A program made the position numbers and the translations under genes. Positions 53,094-64,000 of a stretch of 64,000 nucleotides of DNA are shown here, one piece after another; within the stretch, counting starts at the first letter, position 1; each line of letters starts with the position of its first letter. The notes beneath the pieces are model-generated. The model was not told the origin of the DNA and did no database searches. It saw only the letters and a list, made by a program, of their open reading frames with translations. The stretch comes from Octopus vulgaris. Taxonomy: Eukaryota. The stretch spans positions 214,768,001 to 214,832,000 of the forward strand of contig OX597814.1 of the NCBI GenBank assembly GCA_951406725.2. Direction: 5' to 3'.

Positions 53094-53755
53094 TTAAATG
53101 TAAGTGTCTTATTACACAGAAGAAACAGTATCATTACACCATAGCTAAATGTATCTTAGATAATGCAAAAATGTCAATATATTGCTGCAAGAGATTAGTA
53201 CCATGTTTATTCTTCAATTATCTTAAACACATGTACAAGGATAAGAAGCAAATGTGGTTGAATGGAAGGGAATTTCCAAATATAGCAATTAAGACTGGAT
53301 AAATTATCTCAGTAGGTATTAAGTCAATATAAATGTATCAGCTGGAATCATTGATAAAATCTGGTTATTTGACTACAAGTTACTCAGCCGGCTAAGCTAT
53401 CAATTATGAACAAAAGGATCTGGTAATTTATTTTTCTATGCCGGTGCTGATAATGCAGATAGTAGAGAGCGATGCAATAGATTCAGTTCAATGAGTCGGT
53501 TTTACTGATTATTTCTCTGAGGTTGGTAAAATAGTACTAGTTAATGTATTGGAGTTGATTTAATCATTTTCCTCCCCCGTCTTCTCATGAAAAGTGATAT
53601 TGAATACCTTTTTTTTATAGGAAGATATTACATATAGAAATACCTTGAATAATCTGTACATGCATGCATACATACATATTTGCGTACATACATGCATACA
53701 TACATACATGTAATGAGAGAGAGAGAGAGAGAAAGAGAGATACTTTGTATTCTTC

Positions 53756-53786
<31 letters not shown>

Positions 53787-53873
53787 TGTATGTATGTATG
53801 TATGTATGTATGTATGTATTTTGTGTGTATGTATGTATATATATATAAATATATATATATATTACATATATTG

Positions 53874-53913
<40 letters not shown>

Positions 53914-54217
53914 CAATATATATAATATATGCTCTTCAGCTTTATTATCATGTGTTTGAGAAAAAAATATTTCCAAATCTGTACATATATATATATATAT
54001 TTTATATATATATACATATACACATATAGATATAAATATATATTTATGTATGTATATAATGTATTATATCAATATATTGTTTACGTTTTGTGACATTCTG
54101 TGCCCACATATGCATATGTATATATGTATACATGTTAGTATGTGCATATATGTATATAAGCACACACACACATATATATATATATATTAGTTATTATATT
54201 ATTTCTAAGAAAGTTAA

Positions 54218-54437
54218 CCCCTAGGTGTTTAAACCGGCCATATCTGGCCAGAATATTATCCTTGTTTTATGTTCGAACTTATGAGATTCAGCCTTTCACA
54301 CCTACCCTACAATGTCATTCTAAAGATAAATAATCACATCATCAAAATCTTGAATCTATGAGACAAGGCACAATTAATTCAAAACAATGTGAGTAAATAA
54401 GTATTCCATTCGACAGAGTAATCTAAACTCTAAAGGG
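54218..54437. mobile_element. piggyBac-type MITE
   Basis: TTAA flanks, CCC...GGG ends, homologous to 13298. Confidence 0.75.
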
Positions 54438-55037
54438 TTAATATTGCTCATAGTTCTTTGAACTTGAACAGATTATCAGATCAATGACCGAATATGTTTC
54501 CATGGAAGATAGCAAACACAATCTTGATATGAACAGGGACTTTGTTTGCAATCAGTGTTGAATGTCACAACAACAAATACAAATATACATGTATTCATGC
54601 ATACCCCTGTATATGTGTGTGTTTGTGTGTGTGTGTGTGTGAGTGTGTGTGAGTGTCTGTGCATGTGTGTGTACATGTGTTAGTGCATTTGTGTGTGTGT
54701 GTTCTGATTGTGTCTTCCAGATTAATAGGTTTTGTTCACATGGGGTTATGGTTGAAGACACTTGCCTAAAATGTTGTTTGGTAGAATTGAATTGAAAAGC
54801 ACATGAATGTGAAGCAAAATTTCTAAATTGCATAGCCATCCCTGCATCTACACATCTGTACCTATCCATATGTGTGTGTGTGTGTGTGTCTCATCATCAT
54901 CATTTTAACGTCTGTTTTTCCATGCTTGCATGGATCAGATGGAATTTGTTGAAGCAGATTTTCCATGACCAGATGCCCTTTCTGTCGTGAACTTTCACTT
55001 GTTATGCAAACAATATTTCCCTATGGACTGCAAAGAG

Positions 55038-55079
<42 letters not shown>

Positions 55080-55175
55080 CACTTGTGAGATGGTGACACT
55101 GTCTCACATCTATCATGTAGTATCAACACAAATGCACGTAGAACATACACATATATACACCTATACATACAAATA

Positions 55176-55462
55176 GGAGGCGCAATGGCCCAGTGGTTAG
55201 GGCAGTGGACTTGCGGTCATAGGATCGCGGTTTCGATTCCCAGACCGGGCGTTGTGAGTGTTTATTGAGTGGAAAACACCTAAAAGCTCCACGAGGCTCC
55301 GGCAGGGGGTGGTGATCCCTGCTGTACTCTTTCACCACTCTTTCTCTCTTTCTTCTGTTGGCCTGCTTGCTTAGCCAGCGGGGTGGCGTCATTTGAAGGC
55401 TAAAACAGTGCGAACGCATTGTGACCAGCGATGGTCTGGTTGGTCACGTGATCACGTGATCA
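55176..55462 (+). mobile_element. OR-type SINE, tail variant 1
   Basis: TSD acatacaaa. Confidence 0.85.
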
Positions 55463-55818
55463 CATACAAACATAATGTGAGGGAATGGGGGATATTAAAT
55501 CCGGGCAGATACCTTACAAGTACTCAAGCATAATTCAGTTACTGGTTTACCTGTTGAATGATATGGAGCAACAGGAAATCGTTTAAGATTAGCAGTTATG
55601 GTATTACCTAACAGGTAAATCCTGAGTTCACTTTTTTGGATTTTATACTGTATACAGAGTATATATTCAGGACATCAAAAGTATGAATAGAGAACTGTAC
55701 ATACTTAAAGCTGTATATATATATTTTTATATATATTCTTTGCTTGGACTGTACTGACAAGCTGGGATGTTTGACATCCCTTTGAAGGATTTCAGTCCTC
55801 ATCTCTTTTATATATACA

Positions 55819-56188
55819 CTAGCAGTATCGCCCGGCGTTGCTCGGGTTTGTAAGGGAAATAACTATAAAGCATTTTTAGAGAGTTATAGCCAAAAAATGG
55901 AAAAAAATGATGGTAAATTTTTTTTTAGTTAAAAAGGTCGAGTTGCGTCCCCTAGACAGTCTGTGGTTTGTGTTTCTGATTCTCGACCCCATATCGAATT
56001 TATCAATTTTTTTCAGAACTGGGGGAACTTTTCAAAATTTTCGCTGCGTTAGTTTTGAATTATGACATTGGGCTATGTGTGTCAAGTTTCATCAGAATCG
56101 GTTGAAAGCCGTGGTCAGGGTGAGGGTACAACCTAACAGACACACAGAAACACACACAGACAAACTGCCGTTTATATATACAGAGAAG

Positions 56189-56189
<1 letters not shown>
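55819..56189 (-). mobile_element. Non-autonomous Helitron (shared 3' end, different 5' body)
   Basis: Same hairpin and CTAG end as 18835 and 41420; A|TC 5' end. Confidence 0.8.
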
Positions 56190-56219
<30 letters not shown>

Positions 56220-56364
56220 GTAAGTAGCTTGTCTACCAGCCACATGGTTCCGGGTTCAGTCCCACTGCGTGGCACCTTGGGCAAGTGTCTTCTACTATAG
56301 CCTCGGGCCGACCAAAGCCTTGTGAGTGGATTTGGTAGACGGAAACTGAAAGAAGCCCGTCGTA

Positions 56365-56414
<50 letters not shown>

Positions 56415-57058
56415 TGTGTGAGTTTGTGTGTCTGTGTTTGTCCCCTAGCATTGCTTGACAACCGATGCTGGTGTGTTTATGTCCCCGTTACTTAGCAGTT
56501 TGGCAAAAGAGACCGATAGGATAAGTACTGGGCTTACAAAAGAATAAGTCCTGGGGTCGAGTTGCTCGATTAAAGGCAGTGCTCCAGCATGGCCGCAGTC
56601 AAGTGACTGAAACAAGTAAAAGAGTAAAGAGTAATATATATATATTCAGGGCAAGCTAGTATGTATACAGGCCCACCTGCATGCTAGAAGAAGATGTCAA
56701 ATATCTCTAAGCTACCTTAAGATATCCCCTAAAACTATAAACATGTGTTGTCCTTGGGCAAATAAATGAAACAGATTCATGAAACGGTTCAATTCCATAT
56801 CCAGTTGATTTCAGAATTAAGGGGGGAAAACCACTTTTCTCTCTCCCTCATTAGTGTGATACAACCCAAATGCATATAAAGACGAACAAATATATGTAGC
56901 CATGAACACAATGGCTCTACAGCGCAAATACATTGTTCATACTTATATACAAAATAAAAATTCAAAAATCTGGTTTCATTTATTTCGACCATGTGTTAAT
57001 AACCAAGTTATTCAGCAGTGAATAATTTTGGTTTGGGTGAAATTATATATTTTTAATA

Positions 57059-57233
57059 TATTTTAAAATTTAGAATAAAATCTATATTTGATTTTATCAG
57101 GTAGTTAGCATGCAATTAGCCGGTTAAGATTAAATTAATAAATTTATAAATACATATTCAGGGCAAAACCGGTTGAATACATGCTACCCATCTAATAAAA
57201 TCAAATATAGATTTTATCCTAAATTTTAAAATA
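57059..57233. repeat. Inverted repeat with arms of about 67 bp and a hammerhead 3'-half relic at its centre
   Basis: Arms 57059-57125 and 57167-57233; gc-aaaa-ccgg-tt-gaata resembles GAAA-palindrome-UH-stem I. Confidence 0.6.
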
Positions 57234-57249
57234 ATATATATATATATAT

Positions 57250-57785
57250 ATTGGGGAAAGAAAAAGGTTAATAAATACTTGCCATTACATTTCTAATCAA
57301 CCAAATATGAACCATTTCGTTGCACAATACGTCTCCATCTTTCCTTTACCTTGAAAATACCCTCTTCCCAGAATTGGGATGGTTTCAAGGCAAATAATTC
57401 GTCAAGGTATCTTTTTACGTCATCTAAGGAATTGAAATTTTTACCATTAAGACTTTTCTGCAGAGACCTGAATAAGTGGAAATCTGAAGGAGCAACATCT
57501 GGAGAATAGGGAGGGTGGGGTAACACATCCCAGCCAAGCTGCAGCAATTTTTGTCTGGTTCCCAAAGCATCAAGTGCTGAAAATGAACTTTCTTATCTTC
57601 CATTTTAAAGGGTTACAGAATTAACACAGGTTATAGGAACATAAACCTTCTTCCACGAAAAGACAGCTTAAACTGTGCTCTAAATGGAGGTGTAGTCAAA
57701 TCCTATTTTATGGACTCAACCAAGTTCTAAGATAAATTGAAAGGTAAGCTGCTATAAATTGGCACGAACTTTCTGGACAACCCAA
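57250..57785 (-). mobile_element. Internally deleted mariner (DD34D) element
   Basis: TIR ta-ttgggttgtccagaaagttcgtgcc; N-terminal MEDKKVHFQHLML joined to LGWDVLPHPPYSPDVAPSDFHLF...ERWRRIVQRNGSY. Confidence 0.85.
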
Positions 57786-57838
57786 TATATATACATGCAC
57801 ACACGCATATATGTATACAGATGTGCCTTCAACCACTT

Positions 57839-57899
57839 GAGTCTGATGAGTCACCTCTATTGTTAAGTGCTTTTATTGGTTTGAAACCAATGGTCACTC
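57839..57899 (+). ncRNA. Type I hammerhead ribozyme motif with canonical core
   Basis: GAGU-CUGAUGA-G...stem II...U-GAAA-CC-aau-GG-UC-ACUC; predicted cleavage after GUC at 57895. Confidence 0.7.
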
Positions 57900-58049
57900 T
57901 ATGATCGGCCATAACTTTTAACTTCCTAAAATATGTATGTGTGTGTATGTCACTCACACAATCATGCATAGAAACATGTGTGTATACACTGTAAATATAA
58001 ATGATATGTGTTTGCAGGGAACACAGCATAATTTAGAATATGTGAAACA

Positions 58050-59800
58050 TGAATATGGGAGATAGCTTTATTATTAGTTATTTGAAAGCCTTCCAGCTGT
58101 GTAGATTGAGATGATGTGTAATCATTTTATTCTTTTAAGTAAAGAGAAAATCTTATGTGTGATTAGAACAATATTTGTCAGGTTTTGCAAAGCCTTTTAC
58201 TAAAGTCACGAGAGTTTATTGTGGAGCATTATGTTTAGTGTGGAATTTTCAGGAAAACAAGAATATGAATGAAGATAGTTATGCCAATGTCAATGTAGGA
58301 ATTGTCCTTACAACATAAATTTTGATTTAAAGCTTGTAGCAGCTGGAATATTCAGAGTAATGGATCTAGTATATAAAACTGAATTTAGGTATATATTGAT
58401 TAAAAATGGAGAGAGAGAGAGCATTATATCAAATATAAGATTTAATGGCTTATAGTTTTAATGAAATATAATTTAAGAGAATTTCATTAAGTTTGTTACA
58501 GATAATGCATATGTTTTATTTGAAGGCAATGTACTTAGGGGAATTCCCACGGGGGTAATTGGGGATTGATTAAGTATGTTACAGATAATGCACATGTTTC
58601 ATTTGCATGAAAATTACATAGACAAGTTAATGTAATTCCCATGGGGGTAATTGTTAGCTGACATGTTGTCATGTGAGTTTAATTTTCTTTGTGATTTATG
58701 GAGAATGGAGAAGTTAGGTTTGGTTAGGCAATGCGGTAGTTGTTGTTGTTGTTGGAAAATAGATGATGTTTCCAGCCCTAATTATAGATTTTTCAACAAT
58801 GAGTCTTATTAAAATTTATCGTGGGATTTTGAGACTATGAGAATTAGCTTGGATGTAAATAAGATTAATTGTTTGGGTGTTTCATTTGAGATTTGCTATA
58901 AATGTTTGGCTCATCTGTACAACATGACTAGTGAGTTTAATTCTAAGGTAGTAGCTACTGTATGTGGATAGTTGCATACCTGTTCGACTCAGATAACAGT
59001 GTAATTATTGCACAAGTAATCAAACTTGTAAAGGTATTTTATAAATGAGATTTATCGGTAGATGTTACTAATAGAGTTGTAAGACATAATTAAGCAAGGT
59101 TACAATGCAAAAAGATTAATCAAATAATTCAATTATAGTCTAATTTACACAATGATATATTAAGTTTGAAGTTATTTGAAGTTCACAATAATAAATTAGA
59201 AATGTCTAATTGATAATTATTGATAATCATTGGTGCATGTGAAGTGGTGATCTGGCAGGTTCATTAGCACACCTGGCAAAATGCTTTGTGGAATTTTGTC
59301 TGTTTTTACATTCTGTGTTCAAATTCCACCAAGGTTGACTTCACCTTTGATCTTTTTTTGGGGTTGATAAAATAAGTACAAGTTGAACATTGGGGGGGTC
59401 AATGTAATTGACTTATCCCTCCCCGAAATTGCTGGCCTTGTGCCAAAATTTGAAATCGATATTTGGTGCATGTTGGGTTTATTGAAGTTAATTAAAGGAT
59501 GTATGTTTGGTTTGTATAAAATATTAGCCATGGGTTGTTTGTCTCTCTTCTTTTTCATGGCTAGTGACAATCTCTTCCACTTTGGTTGTGTTGGCGAAGT
59601 TGGATCAATTAGGGGTAAATTGGCTTTGGTGACCATCTGATGACTTATTTTAATACATTAGTACTTTGTCCTTTTGGATCAGGGTATGTTTCTAATGTTT
59701 TATTTATTAGCTGTTGATTTATTTATCGTATTAGTATCTGATTTGTTATTTCTGTCTTGAGAAAGCAACTTTTTGACAACAGATCTCAGATGATTCTATT
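58050..59800 (-). mobile_element. Highly decayed Penelope-like element RT relic
   Basis: Minus 58289-58227 reads HWHNYLHSYSCFPENSTLNIM, resembling the PLE thumb motif YLHxxSxHPxxxxxNI; MetaSINE inserted at about 59243-59460. Confidence 0.4.
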
Positions 59801-60593
59801 TGTTGCTGCCATAATGGAAATGATGTCACTAACCTTTTCAATTGTGTGTTTTTCACACATATATATAGAAATATAACATACAATCATAATACTTATCTAA
59901 CTACATGATGCAATATAATATACACATATTTAGATGTTTACATAGTTACTGATATACATCCATATATACATTCATGCAACGTTATCATCATCATCATTTA
60001 ATGTTTGTTTTCCATAAGTTGGACGGTTTGACTGAAAACTGGTAAGCTGGGGAGCTGCACCAGGTTTCAATCTGATTTGGCATAGTTTCTACAGCTGGAT
60101 GCCCTTCCTAATGCCAATCACTCCAAGAGTGTAGTTTCGATATTCATATATAACAGAAATACACACGAAAGGGCAATGTATCTTGCTCCAAATTTTGACA
60201 ATGTTATGCTCAGATATTAACTTGGTGGGTTTAGGTTAATTACTCAGTAATTGGTAGAATGTAATGAAACTCATCCCTACCACACAAAGTAAAAAGACAC
60301 ACATATGTACATGTATGTAAGTGTGTGTGTGTATGTACATATGTGTGTGACTGTGTTTCTGTGTACCTGTCGAGGGTTGTAAACGAGCAACGCCATCTGT
60401 TCGTTCCAATTTTTCTATGGAAAACATGTATTATTATGGAGAAATGTAACCTTACTTGGAAACAGGCGAGGGTTGGCAACAGGAAGGGTATCCAGCTGTA
60501 GAAAATTCTCGAGAAGTTCTATCTGAACCGTGCAAGCATGGAAAATTGGACGTTAAATGATAAGGAATGAATGATGATGACGATGATATAAAT

Positions 60594-60628
<35 letters not shown>

Positions 60629-60662
60629 CATACATACACACACACACACATATATATATATA

Positions 60663-60697
60663 TATTCTGACGAAGAGCTATGCTTGGAATGTGAAAA
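60663..60697 (+). ncRNA. Degenerate minimal hammerhead relic
   Basis: CUGACGA-A-GAGC-uau-GCUU-GGAA (from GCUC-GAAA). Confidence 0.4.
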
Positions 60698-60834
60698 ACC
60701 CACTCTTTTTTCCACCGTTGTTGAGCGTCAAGCTTATACATCCCATATGTACATCCTTTTGTTGTTATTTGTTATTTTTAATGTTCGATTTGACTATATA
60801 CGAGTCATACACACACACAAGCTATATATATATT

Positions 60835-62664
60835 TAGGGTGTCCCTAAGGCAGCCAAAATCTTGGCAATTTTGCCAAAGCAAAATATTGTTATGTTTCGG
60901 GTCTGAGTGTTGCAATGCAATAGCAAAGGAAACACAGTTATGACATTACTACATTTATACGATATGATCACCTCTGTTTCGAATCACAGGCTTAAGTCTG
61001 GGTGCGCAGCTGTTTTTTGCAGAATCGAAGCTCATTCCTGGCGCAGTTTTACCTTCAGAGTGCTAGGGATCCGCGTCTCCAAAAATGGACAAAAAAAGAA
61101 AAAATCCAACGGAATGAGATCGGGGCTTCTTGAGGGCCATACATCCTTACCTATGTTTTTCTGAATCCAGTGTTGTGTCTGTTTGTAGCTGTGGGATGGT
61201 GCTGGGTTCTGTTGGCGGCTCCAAGGTACGCCTTGAAAGTGCTCATTCGCCCATGGAAGCAGTTCAGCTTCTAGAATATCGCTAATGTAACGCTGGGTGT
61301 TAATTTTAACACCCGAGGGCACAAAAACAAGAGGTAGACTTCCTGTGCCTCTCACAACCGCCCAAACCATAACTGACCGTGGATTTTGACGTCGATTTAC
61401 GACTCTTGCACCGACGGGGCCAGATACACAGCAAAGTCGGTCATTCTGGTGGTTTGCTGTCTGTTCGATGTCAGATTTCTTTTCATCAGTGAACACTAGG
61501 TTGGACTGCATGCTTTCAGCAATCTTACGCAGGATGAGACGACTTCTTTCCATTCTCATAGCTTTATAAACTTGCGTGAGCTCATGACAACGGACCATCT
61601 TGTAGGAGCGGGTCTCGAGACCCTCCTTCAGCACTCAATACATCGATGTTTATTTTTGCTGTGACAGCCAATTTTTTGTGATGGAACGACAAGGATTTCG
61701 CTGTATCTTTTTTCTGGTCCTTTTGAATAGCTGAGGGGGTCACACACTTCTTTTTCAGTCACGTCCAGGTCGATCAGCGGTAGAACCAGTCTCTTGAAAT
61801 TTCTTGATAATTTTCTAGACCGTTGTTTGGTTAATTTTAAGCTTTTGCTATAACTGTTTTAATTTCCCCTCCTTTGTGGAATGTTATGAATGTATTTCGG
61901 TCTATAGACATTATCTAATGTATGAATCTGAATTTATTTAGTCTGAAACAAAAAGAAGACACACTAAGCTTTTATAATGATGTGAAACGAACTTATGTGT
62001 GTGAATATCCTCGTGCACTTTTGGGGTGCACAAAGCAATCACTCACTAGCCGTTGCTTTAATAATCCAGAATTCCACAAGTCAGAAACAACAAGACGCAG
62101 ACGTAAAATATACATATAACTACTTTATTCTCTTTCTTGGTAAACAATAACAATAAGTGTGTTATCTGATGTCCTTGATTCTGGGCGCGCAAGGCTGAAA
62201 GTTCATAGATTGTAATATTTACAATGTCCAGCCGATGAAAACAGAAAGGGTCCAAGATGGCGTCGAACAATGGAGACGATGTTGGTCTGCAACAATTTTG
62301 GTTAAAAGTCTTCGGCCAAAGGACTGCTAGAATCTAATCCTGACGGAGAGAATATATGCGTGACCGTCGCCGTCAATCGCTGGGTCCCAAGTCATTGGCT
62401 GCTGCTGCTAGCGGTCAAACGTTCTACGACCCCCTTGCCTCGCTAACTGCTACGTAGGCAATAGGGTCGTGCTACCGGTGGTTCGCGCATGCGCGAGAGG
62501 GGCTTCCTTTCTGTGCCTTGGTAAAGGCACCAACACGCGCGAAATACAAATGGGCGTGCGCGAGCGCGCGCCGTTGTCGGATCACTACAGATGTATAATT
62601 TTCACATTTTATCGCATTTATTAAAGCCCGAAAGTTCCGGTTGCCTTAATTTCAGGAGACCCTG
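60835..62664 (-). mobile_element. maT/Tc1-like (probably DD37D) transposon with disrupted transposase and a long CpG-rich 5' region
   Basis: Transposase from ATG 61911 to about 60957: KFQETGSTADRPGR, VFTDEK, NHQNDR, SVMVWA, WPSRSPDLIPLDF, RNRGDHIV*; imperfect TIRs tagggtgtccc-taaggcagcc and cagggtctcctgaaattaaggcaacc. Confidence 0.75.
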
Positions 62665-62830
62665 TATATATCTATAATATAAATTGGACATGGGCGATCG
62701 ATTAGAATGACCGCTAAATAAGGGGAGGGAGTAGAGGTAAGGGAGTAAAAATGTTCATAGCAATCGCGTAAGCGCGCATGTCCCGCACACCTACGTACTC
62801 TCGGAGTTTTATCATGGCTACCGGATAATT
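62230..62830. promoter_or_regulatory. CpG-rich promoter-like island
   Basis: Highest CpG density in the window; YY1-type CAAGATGGCG at 62253-62262, NRF1-type GCGCATGCGC at 62485-62494, ETS-like CCGGAA (-) at 62635-62640. Confidence 0.6.
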
Positions 62831-63021
62831 GTCACATATTATATTTACAGATAAATTCCTCTATTTACATAATATCGAGGTCTATTTCATTCTTTTGTTG
62901 TCTTACCACTTCTATCAATATATATATATACTAAAAGACGAATAATATAATCATATGTAAACATGCAATGTGTCAAGCAATAGGCCACTGGTAATAATAA
63001 TTTATGTTATTACCCTATTTG

Positions 63022-63061
<40 letters not shown>

Positions 63062-64000
63062 GTGTGTATGTGTGTTCCTTATACATACATTCGTACATAT
63101 ATGTTGAGCACGCTTATCCAAGATTCCGTGCTATGGGATAAAATCTAGAACTTTGTAGAAATAACCTTTTTGTAACTACACATACAAAAAAAAAAAGGGA
63201 AAATAGAAATATATAAGTTAAGCAATATTTGGAAGAGAGCGAGTTATAGTGATTATGAAACGGGCATTCCTGTAGCGACCATTGCTTCTTTTCTTATGTC
63301 TAGGGACACGAAGCTCTAAATTCAAAGAATTGTGTAATTATATTTTTTCGGCATTGTTTGCAGACATTACCATAGGAATGGCTAATTAGATATTGGTTTT
63401 AGTTAAAACCAAACTTTGAGAAAAAAAGAAAAACAGAAAAAAGAAAATAACAAGTGATGCTATTGAACCTTCAGCCATCCTAGTTAATAGAAAAGTAAGT
63501 GACATTTTAAGGGAACGCTGGACTATTCTCAGATCTAGACATTTGATCAAACTAATAACGCCCACAGACAGTCAATCGGCCAGAATGCTAGAATATTGTT
63601 AGGCAATAACTAGTGACCAGAGCGTATGTCAAAACAAATGCTGTATCAAGACAGTCAGACAATGAGAATTCTGGCCCACAAGCAGACAAAAGCAAGTGAT
63701 GTCTTTGAGTAAGTATTAAACAGGACTTGAATCTTTGCCGTAAAATCTACATATATAAGGCAATATCAGCTCGAAAATAGTCCAAGTTCTACACTTGAAT
63801 GAGTAAAGCAAACGACAAACAATTCTACATCACATCACATAGCAAACATGGCAAAACACTTTTTCCTGTACCTTAACATTTTTCTGTCTAATTGCTAATA
63901 TAAGCCATTGTTATGAAACTGAACTTTCATAATTTTTTTTTACTGCTGTGGGACTTATTGGCACTTGAATTTTTATTATATAATTTTGCTATGAAACCTA

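Noticed and set aside
55551-55607. 57-nt minus-strand micro-exon candidate (also plus 10011-10069 and minus about 44670-44745)
   Set aside because: AG/GT flanks only; no recognisable protein similarity, and one has stops in all frames; expected by chance.
62257-62337. Plus-strand CDS start MASNNGDD at a Kozak-like aagATGgcg
   Set aside because: Stops after 26 codons with no good donor; better explained as a YY1-type motif, though not excluded.

Overview
Repeat-dense, AT-rich animal genomic DNA. The repeat inventory (two tRNA-derived SINE head types, a MetaSINE-type family, RTE LINEs, long TACA/CA/TA microsatellites) points to an octopus (coleoid cephalopod) genome; this is inferred from recognised repeats, not from a database search. 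Only one convincing protein-coding gene is present: a COQ8 (ADCK3/4, UbiB-family atypical kinase) with a single-exon CDS at 29000-30952 (+). A lone minus-strand exon at about 52864-53093 resembles PDE7. The rest is decayed RTE, BovB-like, Hero, R4/Dong, CR1-group and Penelope retroelements, Tc1/mariner/pogo/piggyBac derivatives, non-autonomous Helitrons and SINEs. The most notable signal is a set of about eight unrelated type I hammerhead ribozyme motifs. They include C3-G8, G3-C8 and U3-A8 core variants, and some lie at the centres of long inverted repeats. Also notable: a maT/Tc1-like element whose 5' part contains a CpG-rich promoter with an apparent spliced leader; a LINE/SINE 3' stem-loop with compensatory changes; and a SINE insertion that captured about 180 bp of nearby sequence inside its TSD. 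Repeat boundaries were placed by eye and may be off by a few bases.
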